Below are positions 25,763 to 34,766 of a stretch of DNA of 64,000 bases, in pieces. A program made the position numbers and the translations under genes. Within the stretch, counting starts at the first letter, position 1; every line of letters starts with the position of its first letter. Where the stretch lies: NCBI GenBank assembly GCA_017519185.1, contig JAFWSX010000006.1, positions 96,084 through 160,083 of the forward strand, given 5' to 3'. The notes below the pieces were generated by a model, which was given only the letters and a program-made list of their open reading frames with translations, did no database searches and was not told the origin of the DNA. This DNA is from Bacteroidales bacterium. Its GTDB lineage: Bacteria > Bacteroidota > Bacteroidia > Bacteroidales > UBA932.

Positions 25763-27457
25763 ATGTTTAAAGGACATCCTAAAGGCTTGTATGCATTGGC
25801 TCTTGCCAACACAGGCGAACGATTCGGTTATTACACGATGCTTGCCATCTTCATGCTGTTCCTCCAGGCTAAATTCGGATGGGGCGGCTCCCTGGCCAGC
25901 ACGACTTATGCAATTTTCCTGGCAGCAGTTTATTTCTTCCCGGTAGTGGGCGGTATCCTGGCCGACAAGATCGGCTACGGCAAATGCGTCGTGACGGGAA
26001 TCTGCGTAATGTTCCTGGGTTATGTGGCGCTCTCCATCCCCACTGCGGCCAACACTCTCGGTGTTGTGCTGATGCTCGGAGCCCTGCTCTTCATAGCTAT
26101 CGGTACGGGCCTTTTCAAAGGCAACCTGCAGGTGCTTGTGGGCAACCTCTACGATGACCCGAAATATTCTGCCAAGCGTGATTCCGCGTTCAGCCTGTTC
26201 TATATGGCCATAAACATAGGCGCGATGTTCGCTCCTGCTGCGGCAACCGCCATCACCAACAAGTTCCTCAGCAAGGCCGGCCTTATCTACAAGGCCGACA
26301 TCCCTGCGCTGGCCCATCAGTTCCTGAACGGTACAATTTCAGCTGAGAACACAGCCAAGCTGCAGGATCTTGCATCCATGATGCCCGGCAATGCGGCTTC
26401 GATGCCTCTCGACCAGTTCAGCTCATACTACATCGAGCATCTGGCGTCGTCATACAATATGGGATTCGCCATCGCCTGCGTATCTCTGATCGTGTCAATG
26501 CTTATCTACGTGCTCACCCGCAACTGGCACAAACACGTTGATGTCAATGCCAAGCAGGCGGCTGCCAAGGGCAATACCGACATCGTCGAGCTCACCCCGA
26601 AGCAGACCAAAGACCGCATCGTGGCCCTCTGCCTTGTGTTTGCAGTAGTCATATTCTTCTGGATGGCGTTCCACCAGAACGGACAGTCCCTCACCTGGTT
26701 CGCGCGTGATTACACTCAGGACCACGCCGACGGCTGGATAAGGATGGGCTTCAACATATGGGTGCTTGCGCTCATCGCAGCTTCGGTATACACACTGTTC
26801 GGAACCTTCCAGTCTGCGACGCGCAAAGGCAAGTTCATCTGCGGCTGCGTGACGGCTATACTTTGGCTCGGCGCGTACTGGATATACAGAGGAATTCCCA
26901 ATCCCCTCGAGATCCAGCCCCAGCTCTTCCAGCAGTTCAACCCCTTCTATGTAGTTGCCCTGACGCCGGTGTCAATGGCAATCTTCAGTTCGCTTGCCGC
27001 CAAGAAGAGCGAGAAGTATCCCAAGGGTATGGAGCCTTCTGCACCCAAGAAGATCGGCCTCGGAATGTTCGTGGCAGCTATAGGTTATGTGATAATGATG
27101 CTTGCCTCAAGAGGTCAGGCCTCTCCTGCAGAACTGGGCGGCACCGTTTCTCCCGACCCCGTGGTTCCGGCATACCTCATCTCTACCTACCTCGTGCTGA
27201 CTTTCGCCGAGCTGCTGCTCAGCCCTATGGGTATTTCATTCGTCACCAAGGTGGCTCCTCCGAAATACAAAGGCCTTATGATGGGTCTGTGGTTTGCTGC
27301 AACTGCTATCGGCAACTACCTCAGCTCTATTCCCGGACTGCTCTGGAACAAGGTTCCGCTGTGGGCCAACTGGGGTATCCTTATGGCACTCTGCGTCATC
27401 GCGGGAGTCATTATGTTCTCTATGCTCAAGAAGATTGAAGCCGCAACAGAGTCTTAG
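25763..27457 (+). CDS. Proton-dependent oligopeptide transporter (POT/PTR2, DtpT-like)
   Basis: PTR2 signatures GERFGYYTMLAIFMLF and FYMAINIGAMF. 564 aa, polytopic. Confidence 0.92.
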   Translation: MFKGHPKGLYALALANTGERFGYYTMLAIFMLFLQAKFGWGGSLASTTYAIFLAAVYFFPVVGGILADKIGYGKCVVTGICVMFLGYVALSIPTAANTLGVVLMLGALLFIAIGTGLFKGNLQVLVGNLYDDPKYSAKRDSAFSLFYMAINIGAMFAPAAATAITNKFLSKAGLIYKADIPALAHQFLNGTISAENTAKLQDLASMMPGNAASMPLDQFSSYYIEHLASSYNMGFAIACVSLIVSMLIYVLTRNWHKHVDVNAKQAAAKGNTDIVELTPKQTKDRIVALCLVFAVVIFFWMAFHQNGQSLTWFARDYTQDHADGWIRMGFNIWVLALIAASVYTLFGTFQSATRKGKFICGCVTAILWLGAYWIYRGIPNPLEIQPQLFQQFNPFYVVALTPVSMAIFSSLAAKKSEKYPKGMEPSAPKKIGLGMFVAAIGYVIMMLASRGQASPAELGGTVSPDPVVPAYLISTYLVLTFAELLLSPMGISFVTKVAPPKYKGLMMGLWFAATAIGNYLSSIPGLLWNKVPLWANWGILMALCVIAGVIMFSMLKKIEAATES

Positions 27458-27463
27458 TTTTCC

Positions 27464-28531
27464 ATGCGACGTTTCTGGCTTTTCGCGATTCTGTCAGCAG
27501 TCCTGTCGTTCCATTCTCCGGACTTGAGAGCGGAACCGGAAAGTCCGTTCGCATTCCAGGAAACGACTCTGGATTTCGGAAAGATCAAGGAGGCGGACGG
27601 TCCGGTCAGCGGCAGTTTCTATTTTGTCAACCGCTCCTCCAGGCCGGTCCAGATCGATCTTGTGACGACCAGCTGCGGCTGCACTACTGCCGATTATCCC
27701 ACCAGGCCAGTCGAGCCTGGCGAGATATGTGAGCTGGTGGTGCGTTTCAACCCCGCCAATATGTCCGGCAAGGTATACCGCGACGTGACGGTCATCACTC
27801 GTTCGAGCGAAGACCGACTGGTCATCACTGCCGATGTCGAGCCGACACCTGTCGGCCCTGAGCAGATGTACCCTGGCATAGTGGGCGGCGGAATACGTTC
27901 CCGCGACCTGTCATACCGTTTCGGCTACGCAGCGCAGGGACGCAGCCAGTCCCAGAGCATAACCCTCTACAACAACGGCGGCAAGACCGTTCTCCTCAAA
28001 GCTGAAAGCAGCAATCCTAACCTCACTGTCAAGTGCCCGTACTCCCTGAAACCTGGCACTGCCGATGCAATGACAGTGACCTACGACATTCCCGTTTCAG
28101 CTTCCAGCTACGGCGTGACCGACGACACCGTCATCCTCTATGTCGACGGAGTGAAAGCTGAGCACCCCATCCGCCTGAGCGCCATAATGGTCGACGATCT
28201 CGACCGCAACGACAAGAGCGCTCCTTCAATGAGGGTCGACCCGTCATATATCACAGTGAAAGACATCCGCAAGGGCAAGACCGTGCGCAGACATTTCTCC
28301 ATCTACAACGACGGACGCAAAGATCTCTTCATCCGTCACGTGAAGACCTCTGCCGGAGTCACCACGCCTCTCAAGGCCGGCACGAGCGTGCCGCCCGGTA
28401 AAAGCATTACCGTCGATGTCAGGGTAACTGCGCTCAAGCCGTCCTCGACCTCAGATGAGAACATCTATATCATTACCAACGACCCCCAGAGGCCACAGAA
28501 AGAAATAGTCATCAGGACTATAACAAAATAA
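27464..28531 (+). CDS. DUF1573-domain secreted protein (three PapD/ASH-like beta-sandwich repeats)
   Basis: Signal peptide, then DFGKIKEADGPVSGSFYFVNRSSRPVQIDLVTTSCGCTTADYPTRPVEPGE, the DUF1573 CGCT motif. Two further degenerate repeats follow. Confidence 0.8.
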   Translation: MRRFWLFAILSAVLSFHSPDLRAEPESPFAFQETTLDFGKIKEADGPVSGSFYFVNRSSRPVQIDLVTTSCGCTTADYPTRPVEPGEICELVVRFNPANMSGKVYRDVTVITRSSEDRLVITADVEPTPVGPEQMYPGIVGGGIRSRDLSYRFGYAAQGRSQSQSITLYNNGGKTVLLKAESSNPNLTVKCPYSLKPGTADAMTVTYDIPVSASSYGVTDDTVILYVDGVKAEHPIRLSAIMVDDLDRNDKSAPSMRVDPSYITVKDIRKGKTVRRHFSIYNDGRKDLFIRHVKTSAGVTTPLKAGTSVPPGKSITVDVRVTALKPSSTSDENIYIITNDPQRPQKEIVIRTITK

Positions 28532-28547
28532 CCTAAAACTTATACTC

Positions 28548-31184
28548 ATGAAAAAACTTTTCGTAGCTATGATTGCGATGTCGATGATGGTATTGACATC
28601 CTGCAAGAACAATGCTTCAGGCAATTATGAGTACCCGTTCCAGAATCCCAACCTGTCGACGGAGAAGAGGGTGGACAACATCATCTCCCTGCTGACTCCC
28701 GATGAGAAGATCGGACTTATGATGAACGGATCCATTTCGGTGGAGCGCCTCGGCATTCCTGCCTACAACTGGTGGTCAGAAGCCTGCCACGGCATCTGCA
28801 CCAACGGTGCTACCGTTTTCCCTCAGGCCATCGGCCTTGCTGCTACCTTTGACCAGGATATGCAGTATGACATCTACACGATGGTTTCCGACGAGGCCCG
28901 CGCCCACTGGAACATTACCAACCACAACCAGATGGACAAGACAGAGGCTACAGGAGGCATCTGGAACCAGGGACTTTCATTCTGGTGCCCTAACATCAAC
29001 ATCTTCCGTGATCCCCGCTGGGGCCGCGGCCAGGAGACTTACGGCGAGGATCCGTACCTGACAGGCACTATGGGAAGCGCTACGGTAAGAGGTATGCAGG
29101 GCAATGACAAAAGATATCTCAAGACCCATTCTTGTGCAAAGCACTATGCAGTGCACAGCGGTCCTGAGTCAGGCCGTCACCGTGACGACGTCTATGTTTC
29201 AATGCGTGATCTCTGGGAGACATATCTCCCCGCATTCAAGGAGCTTGTGACCGAAGCTGACGTGCAGGAAGTGATGTGCGCATACAACCGCTACGAAGGT
29301 GAACCTTGCTGCGGCAATGACAGGCTTCTTGTCGACATCCTCCGCAACAAGTGGGAATACAAGCATCTCGTGGTTTCTGACTGCGGTGCCATCAACAACT
29401 TCTACACCAAGGGCCAGCACGAAACCCATCCGGATGCTGCCACTGCCAGTGTTGACGGAGTTCTCTCAGGCACCGACATCGAGTGCGGTACCAGCTACAA
29501 GGCGCTCAAGACCGCCCTTGCCGACGGACTCATCAAGGAAAGCGACCTCGACGTCAGCCTGCGCCGCATTTTCACCAGCCGCTTCGAGCTTGGCCTCCAC
29601 GACCCTGAGTCGATGGATCCCTGGGCAAACCTCGGCGCAGAGACTATGAGCAGCCCCGAGCATACGGCAATGGCCCAGAGGGCGGCACGTGAGGCTATGG
29701 TACTCCTCAAGAACGACGGTATCCTTCCTCTCTCAAAGAACACCAAGACCATCGCTGTCGTCGGTCCCAACGCCGACAATGCAGGTATGCAGAACGGTAA
29801 CTACAGCGGTACTCCCACTGCAGAGAACACTCTTTCAATCCTCAACGCTCTCAAGAAAGCTGTTCCGGGTGTGAACATCATCTATGAAAAAGGCTGCGAA
29901 CTTGCCGATCCGTATCTGACTCTTGACCATATGGCCGACCTTAACGGCGGCAAAGGCCTCCACGGTGAATATTTCAATAACACCAATATGTCAGGCACTC
30001 CCGTTGCAACTGCTGACTACACCAACCTCAATCTCCGTACTTCAGGTGACTATCGCTTTGCTCCGGGTGTCGAGATGACCAACTTCTCAGCACGCTACAC
30101 AGGAACCTTCATTGCTGACTTTACCGGTGATATGAACTACAGCATCCGCGGTAACGACACCTGGAAGTTCACTGTCAACGGAAAAACCGTAGCAGAACAG
30201 AAGGAAGCCACCAATATGCGTTATGGCCGCGGCCAGGTTCCGCAGACTTCATTCCCCGTAGTGAAGGGTCGCACATACACTGTAGCCATCGACTATACAA
30301 AGGGCGAGACCGGTACTGCATATTTCGCATTCAACCTCAGCCAGCGCAAGCTTCCCGACTATGACGAGATTGCTGCCAAAGTTGCCGGCGCTGACGTAAT
30401 CATTATGGTAGGCGGCCTCTCTGCACAACTCGAGGGCGAAGAGATGATGGTGACCTATGACGGCTTCTCAGGCGGTGACCGTACCAAGATCGAACTTCCC
30501 GAGCCTCAGGTCAAACTCCTCCAGGCTGTACATTCTACCGGCAAACCGGTCGTATTCGTGAACTGCACAGGCAGCGCCATCGGCTTCGGAGCTATCGAGA
30601 ACCAGTACAATGCTCTTCTCCAGGCCTGGTACGGCGGACAGGCTGCAGGCATCGCTGTGGCTGACATCCTCTTCGGCGACTACAACCCTGCAGGACGTCT
30701 TCCCGTAACATTCTACGCTTCAACCAGCCAGCTTCCCGACTTCAAGGACTACAGCATGGAGAACCGCACTTACCGCTATTTCACCGGCAAACCTCTCTAT
30801 GCGTTCGGATATGGTCTCAGCTATACCAGCTTCACCTATGGCGACGCCAAGCTTTCAAAGAATTCAGTGAAGGCCGGCAAGGGTGTTGACATCACTATCC
30901 CCGTGACCAACTCAGGAAAGCGTGACGGAGACGAAGTAATCCAGGTTTACGTGAAGAGTCTTGACAATCCTGAGGCTCCCATCAAGGCCCTCAAGGGCTT
31001 CAAGCGTGTCAATATCGCTGCCGGTGCAACTGCAAGCGTGAAGATTACTCTCGAGCCCGATGCATTTGCGTACTACAGTGCAGCTATCGATGAACTTGCT
31101 CCGAGAGCCGGCAAATACCAGATCCTCTACGGCAGTTCGTCACGCGACGAAGACCTCAAGGCTCTGGATTTCCAGGTTCTTTGA
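28548..31184 (+). CDS. Glycoside hydrolase family 3 beta-glucosidase/beta-xylosidase with inserted PA14 domain, lipoprotein
   Basis: Lipobox MMVLTSC. GH3 motifs WWSEACHG, GRGQETYGEDPYL, KHYAVHSGPE and VVSDCGAI. A PA14-like insert (GLHGEYFNNTNMSG...) is followed by the C-terminal FnIII-like domain. Confidence 0.93.
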   Translation: MKKLFVAMIAMSMMVLTSCKNNASGNYEYPFQNPNLSTEKRVDNIISLLTPDEKIGLMMNGSISVERLGIPAYNWWSEACHGICTNGATVFPQAIGLAATFDQDMQYDIYTMVSDEARAHWNITNHNQMDKTEATGGIWNQGLSFWCPNINIFRDPRWGRGQETYGEDPYLTGTMGSATVRGMQGNDKRYLKTHSCAKHYAVHSGPESGRHRDDVYVSMRDLWETYLPAFKELVTEADVQEVMCAYNRYEGEPCCGNDRLLVDILRNKWEYKHLVVSDCGAINNFYTKGQHETHPDAATASVDGVLSGTDIECGTSYKALKTALADGLIKESDLDVSLRRIFTSRFELGLHDPESMDPWANLGAETMSSPEHTAMAQRAAREAMVLLKNDGILPLSKNTKTIAVVGPNADNAGMQNGNYSGTPTAENTLSILNALKKAVPGVNIIYEKGCELADPYLTLDHMADLNGGKGLHGEYFNNTNMSGTPVATADYTNLNLRTSGDYRFAPGVEMTNFSARYTGTFIADFTGDMNYSIRGNDTWKFTVNGKTVAEQKEATNMRYGRGQVPQTSFPVVKGRTYTVAIDYTKGETGTAYFAFNLSQRKLPDYDEIAAKVAGADVIIMVGGLSAQLEGEEMMVTYDGFSGGDRTKIELPEPQVKLLQAVHSTGKPVVFVNCTGSAIGFGAIENQYNALLQAWYGGQAAGIAVADILFGDYNPAGRLPVTFYASTSQLPDFKDYSMENRTYRYFTGKPLYAFGYGLSYTSFTYGDAKLSKNSVKAGKGVDITIPVTNSGKRDGDEVIQVYVKSLDNPEAPIKALKGFKRVNIAAGATASVKITLEPDAFAYYSAAIDELAPRAGKYQILYGSSSRDEDLKALDFQVL

Positions 31185-31185
31185 T

Positions 31186-31440
31186 TCAGGAAAGCTTGAG
31201 TGCGTCGATTTCGGCGTACTTGTCGAGGATGGAACGGGCTACCTTGAGCAGTTGCTCTCCCTTCTCTGTAAGGATGAGGGATTTATCGTAACGGATGAAA
31301 AGGGCGCAGCCCAGTTCCTCCTCAAGCTTCGCTATATGGTTGGAAACTGCAGGCTGGCTGATGCCGAGCGACGCTGCGGCTTTGCTGAAGTTGAGGCACT
31401 CGGCGGCTTCGCAGAAAGCTTTGAGACGGTTATCTGTCAT
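31186..31440 (-). CDS. LysR-type winged-HTH domain only (84 aa, no effector-binding domain)
   Basis: LKAFCEAAECLNFSKAAASLGISQPAVSNHIAKLEEELGCALFIR is the LysR N-terminal HTH. The ORF stops after the linker helix, 1 nt from the GH3 stop codon. Confidence 0.7.
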   Translation of the reverse strand: MTDNRLKAFCEAAECLNFSKAAASLGISQPAVSNHIAKLEEELGCALFIRYDKSLILTEKGEQLLKVARSILDKYAEIDALKLS

Positions 31441-31487
31441 AACAGGCCCAAAGTTAGCGATTTATTTGGTAATTAAGATTTAAGTTG

Positions 31488-31495
31488 TATCTTTG
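31488..31495 (+). promoter_or_regulatory. -7 box TATCTTTG for rpsF-rpsR-rplI
   Basis: Matches TAnnTTTG, 54 nt upstream of the rpsF ATG. A TTTG lies ~23 nt further upstream. Confidence 0.5.
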
Positions 31496-31496
31496 C

Positions 31497-31527
31497 AGCC
31501 CCTTTGGAAAAACCGAAGGGGCTTTTT
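31497..31527 (+). promoter_or_regulatory. Leader hairpin plus T-run upstream of rpsF
   Basis: AGCCCCTTTGG-AAAAA-CCGAAGGGGCT forms an 11-bp stem with one G.U pair. It is followed by TTTTA. Confidence 0.5.
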
Positions 31528-31549
31528 AACTAACAAATTATCAAAGAAC

Positions 31550-31918
31550 ATGTTTAACCAGTACGAAACCGTTTTCATCGCAACTCCCGTTTTGTCTGAA
31601 AGCCAGATGAAGGAAGCGGTAGCTAAGTACACCGACCTTATCAAAGGTAACAACGGTGAGGTTGTGTATGAGGAGGATTGGGGCCTGCGCAAGCTCGCTT
31701 ACCCTATCCAGAAGAAGACCACAGGTTTTTACCACTTGATCGAGTTCAAGGCAGAACCTGAATTTATCAACACTTTGGAGACCCAGTACAGGCGTGATGA
31801 GCGCATCATCCGCTTCCAGACTGTGGCTATGGACAAACACGCAGTGGCTTATGCTGAGCGCCGTCGCGCAAAGAAAGCCAACGCAACTGCAGAACAACCA
31901 GCTAATACGGAGGAATAA
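31550..31918 (+). CDS. rpsF: 30S ribosomal protein S6
   Basis: [19 protein letters not shown]...[16 protein letters not shown] is the S6 pattern. The track ORF start at 31493 is an over-extension through the leader. Confidence 0.95.
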   Translation: MFNQYETVFIATPVLSESQMKEAVAKYTDLIKGNNGEVVYEEDWGLRKLAYPIQKKTTGFYHLIEFKAEPEFINTLETQYRRDERIIRFQTVAMDKHAVAYAERRRAKKANATAEQPANTEE

Positions 31919-31921
31919 ACA

Positions 31922-32185
31922 ATGGCACAGGACGATATCAGATATCTCAATCCCCCGACAGTCGAGGTTAGAAAGAAAAAATACTGCCGCTTCAAAAAAG
32001 CCGGTATCAAGTATGTAGATTACAAGGATCCTGAGTTTCTCAAGAAATTCCTCAACGAGCAGGGCAAGATCCTTCCCCGCCGTATCACCGGTACTTCTCT
32101 GAAATTCCAGCGCAAAGTGGCCCAGGCCATCAAGAGGGCTCGCCATCTTGCACTTCTTCCTTATGTTACTGACCTTTTGAAATAG
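31922..32185 (+). CDS. rpsR: 30S ribosomal protein S18
   Basis: [39 protein letters not shown]...[19 protein letters not shown] is the S18 pattern. Confidence 0.96.
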   Translation: MAQDDIRYLNPPTVEVRKKKYCRFKKAGIKYVDYKDPEFLKKFLNEQGKILPRRITGTSLKFQRKVAQAIKRARHLALLPYVTDLLK

Positions 32186-32196
32186 GAGGCTGCACT

Positions 32197-32673
32197 ATGG
32201 AAATCATTCTCAAACAAGACATCAAAAACCTCGGTCTGAAAGACGACATCGTAAAGGTTAAGAACGGTTACGCAGCCAATTATCTCATTCCTCAGGGAAT
32301 GGCTATTATGGCTACCCCCTCTGCAAAGAAGGTTCACGCTGAGAATCTCCGTCAGCGCGCCCACAAAGAGGCTAAGCTGGTGGCTGACGCTGAAGCTCTT
32401 GCAGCTAAGCTCGAAGGCCTCACCGTTAAAGTTCCTGCAAAGGTCAGCTCAAACGGCAAGGTGTTCGGTTCAGTAGGCAACATCCAGGTGGCTGAGGCTC
32501 TCGCCGCTATGGGTTACGAAATCGACCGCAAGAACATCGATATGGACGCCATCAAGGAAGTCGGCGTCTATGACGTGGCAGTTAAATGCTACCGAAACGT
32601 GAAAGCCACCCTTAAGGTGGAAGTTGCAGGCGAGGAAGCTGCTGAAGAGTCAGCAGAGGCTAAGGCTGAGTAA
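32197..32673 (+). CDS. rplI: 50S ribosomal protein L9
   Basis: MEIILKQDIKNLGLKDDIVKVKNGYAANYLIPQG is the L9 N-terminal domain. Gene order is S6-S18-L9. Confidence 0.95.
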   Translation: MEIILKQDIKNLGLKDDIVKVKNGYAANYLIPQGMAIMATPSAKKVHAENLRQRAHKEAKLVADAEALAAKLEGLTVKVPAKVSSNGKVFGSVGNIQVAEALAAMGYEIDRKNIDMDAIKEVGVYDVAVKCYRNVKATLKVEVAGEEAAEESAEAKAE

Positions 32674-32705
32674 GCCGTTGGAATCTGTTGAACCATATCA
32701 TACTG

Positions 32706-32740
32706 CTGACCGGGTTCTGACAATCCGGTCAGTTTTTTTT
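32706..32740 (+). terminator. Intrinsic terminator after rplI
   Basis: Stem CTGACCGG / CCGGTCAG followed by T8. Confidence 0.85.
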
Positions 32741-32741
32741 A

Positions 32742-32749
32742 TATATTTG
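32742..32749 (+). promoter_or_regulatory. -7 box TATATTTG for the YitT-like gene
   Basis: Matches TAnnTTTG, 16 nt upstream of ATG 32766. Confidence 0.45.
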
Positions 32750-32765
32750 GAGTGTTGACAGGAGT

Positions 32766-33656
32766 ATGAAGATAAAGATACACGATTCAGTGAAGGACTA
32801 CACCATGATGGTCGTAGGCTGTTTCCTTTATTCTTTCGGCGCTGTGCTTTTCGTCGAGCCTTATGGTTTCGCCCCTGGCGGGACATACGGTCTTGCAATG
32901 GTGTTCCACCATCTGTGGGGATGGAGGACCGAGGTCGCCGCGCTCTGTATGGATATTCCCCTACTCATCATAGGCTCCATAATCCTCGGAGCCAAGTTCG
33001 GCATCAAGACACTCATCTGCACGATCCTGCTGCCGCTGTTCATGCTCCTTGTCCATTCCGTCTACGGATATGACGCCCTGCTGGACCCGGGGCTCACCGA
33101 TTTCACACAGATGCATCAGCAGATGCTGTCGTCAGTGTTCGGCGGCGTGATCTACGGAGTCGGCCTCGGAATGGTCTACCGCACAGGCACAACGACCGGC
33201 GGTTCGGATGTCATCAATATGATAGTGCGTAAATATTTCCACATCTCGATGGGCACCGCATCTATCATTGTCGACGGCCTGATCACGCTGTCGACTGTCC
33301 TTGCTTTCGGCGACTGGGCCCTGCCTATGTATTCCTGGGTGATAATCTTCGTCGCTGCGGTGATCCAGGACCGCGTGATGCAGGGGGCGCCGTCAAAGAC
33401 GCTTATGATCATTACATCGAAGGTCGACGAGGTGCGTGACTATATCATTGAAGAGATGGGGCGTGGCGCCACCTTGATTCCCGGAACGGGGCTTTATGAG
33501 GGCAAGCAGCGTGACATCATCTATGTTGTGGTCAGCGGCCGCGAGGTGATACAGCTCCGCAAGCTGATAGCCGAGATCGACCCGAAGGCCTTCATCAACG
33601 TCATCAACAGTTCTGAGATTCTTGGAGAGGGCTTCAAGAGCATCCACTTCCAGTAG
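32766..33656 (+). CDS. YitT-family membrane protein (DUF161 repeats plus C-terminal DUF2179)
   Basis: 296 aa. It has the GGTYGLAMV and GTTTGGSDVI repeats and a C-terminal soluble domain, GATLIPGTGLYEG...VVSGREV..L..LI.EIDP.AFI. Confidence 0.85.
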   Translation: MKIKIHDSVKDYTMMVVGCFLYSFGAVLFVEPYGFAPGGTYGLAMVFHHLWGWRTEVAALCMDIPLLIIGSIILGAKFGIKTLICTILLPLFMLLVHSVYGYDALLDPGLTDFTQMHQQMLSSVFGGVIYGVGLGMVYRTGTTTGGSDVINMIVRKYFHISMGTASIIVDGLITLSTVLAFGDWALPMYSWVIIFVAAVIQDRVMQGAPSKTLMIITSKVDEVRDYIIEEMGRGATLIPGTGLYEGKQRDIIYVVVSGREVIQLRKLIAEIDPKAFINVINSSEILGEGFKSIHFQ

Positions 33657-33659
33657 GAG

Positions 33660-34679
33660 CTAAGCTTCTTTTACTTTTCCGGCCAGCATACCGCAGGCGG
33701 CGAGGATGTCTTCGCCGCGCGATGCCCTTATCGTGGTTGTGATTCCGGCTTTCATAAGCCTCTGTTCGAAGAGTTCCATAACCTCTGTGGGGCAGGTGCG
33801 CAGTTCGCTGTCCGGAATCTTGTGGAAACGGATGAGATTGACGCGGCAGGGAATGCCTTTCAACAGGGCGATTATGCCGTCGGCGTGGCGCTTGTCGTCG
33901 TTGATTCCGGCAAACATAGTGTACTCGAAACTTACCCGGCGCTGGCCGCTGAAGTCATATTTCCTGATCAGGGCGATAACGTCACGGATGTCGTGTTTGT
34001 GCTGCACGGGCATCAGTTCCTCTCGCTCCCCGGGGAAAGGATTGTGGAGACTGACGGCCAGATGGCATTTTGTGGTGTCCAGGAATTCTTTCAGTTTGTC
34101 GGGAATGCCTATGGTCGAGAGTGTGATGCGCTTCGGACTCCAGGCGAATCCCCATTCGGCCGTAAGGATCTCTATGACCTTGCTTATGTTGTCCCAGTTG
34201 TCAAGTGGCTCTCCCATACCCATAAAAACAGCATTGGTGAGCTCGTCGGCCTCGTCAATGCAGATGAACTGGGACAGGATTTCCGCCACTGTAAGATTAC
34301 CGTGGAAGCCTTGCCTTCCGGTCATGCAGAAATGGCAGCCCATCTTGCATCCGGCCTGGCAGGATACGCAAACCGTTGCCCGTTCTCCGTCGGGAATCAT
34401 CACCGTCTCGACAAATCTGCCTCCGGCGGTGGGGAATGTGTATTTCTTTGTGCCGTCAGTGGAGGTGATGCATCCGGCGGAAGTGCAGGCCCCGACCTTG
34501 CAGGTCAGTGACAGTTTTTCTCTTGCAGCCTTGGAAAGATTGGTCATCTGGGAGATGTCCGTAACCTTCTTTTTGTAAAGCCAGTCGGCCATCTGTTTTG
34601 CCGCAAAACGGGGGAGACCCTGCTCTTTGCACAGGGCTTCAAGCTCCGTCAGATTCATTCCCAGAAGTGCTGTTTCCAT
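33660..34679 (-). CDS. rlmN: 23S rRNA (adenine2503-C2)-methyltransferase / tRNA m2A37 methyltransferase
   Basis: Radical-SAM CQAGCKMGCHFCMTG, NAVFMGMGEPL and the C-terminal DILAACGML Cys. The start was set to ATG 34677-34679 (METALLGMNLTELE). Confidence 0.94.
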   Translation of the reverse strand: METALLGMNLTELEALCKEQGLPRFAAKQMADWLYKKKVTDISQMTNLSKAAREKLSLTCKVGACTSAGCITSTDGTKKYTFPTAGGRFVETVMIPDGERATVCVSCQAGCKMGCHFCMTGRQGFHGNLTVAEILSQFICIDEADELTNAVFMGMGEPLDNWDNISKVIEILTAEWGFAWSPKRITLSTIGIPDKLKEFLDTTKCHLAVSLHNPFPGEREELMPVQHKHDIRDVIALIRKYDFSGQRRVSFEYTMFAGINDDKRHADGIIALLKGIPCRVNLIRFHKIPDSELRTCPTEVMELFEQRLMKAGITTTIRASRGEDILAACGMLAGKVKEA

Positions 34680-34696
34680 GCCAAATATATGTTGTG

Positions 34697-34704
34697 CAAA
34701 AGTA
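34697..34704 (-). promoter_or_regulatory. -7 box TACTTTTG (minus strand) for rlmN
   Basis: Matches TAnnTTTG, 17 nt upstream of ATG 34679. Confidence 0.4.
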
Positions 34705-34714
34705 TGAAAAAGAT

Positions 34715-34722
34715 TAAATTTG
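34715..34722 (+). promoter_or_regulatory. -7 box TAAATTTG for recA
   Basis: Matches TAnnTTTG, 44 nt upstream of ATG 34767. Confidence 0.45.
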
Positions 34723-34766
34723 CCTGACAAACATCAGCGGTTTATTAACTCATAACAATCATTATT

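Noticed and set aside
26758-27438. 226-aa plus-strand out-of-frame ORF inside the POT transporter gene
   Set aside because: Arg-rich alternative frame. The POT frame carries the PTR2 signatures.
31493-31549. Upstream extension of rpsF ([19 protein letters not shown]...)
   Set aside because: It runs through the -7 box and leader hairpin. S6 homology starts at MFNQYETVF (31550).
31541-32146. 201-aa minus-strand ORF
   Set aside because: Antisense to rpsF and rpsR.
33706-34578. 290-aa and 229-aa plus-strand ORFs
   Set aside because: Antisense to rlmN.
34682-34689. TATATTTG box on the minus strand 2 nt from the rlmN ATG
   Set aside because: It is too close to the start codon to serve it, since conserved RlmN sequence (LLGM.L.EL) begins right after the ATG. 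The TACTTTTG box at 34697-34704 fits better.
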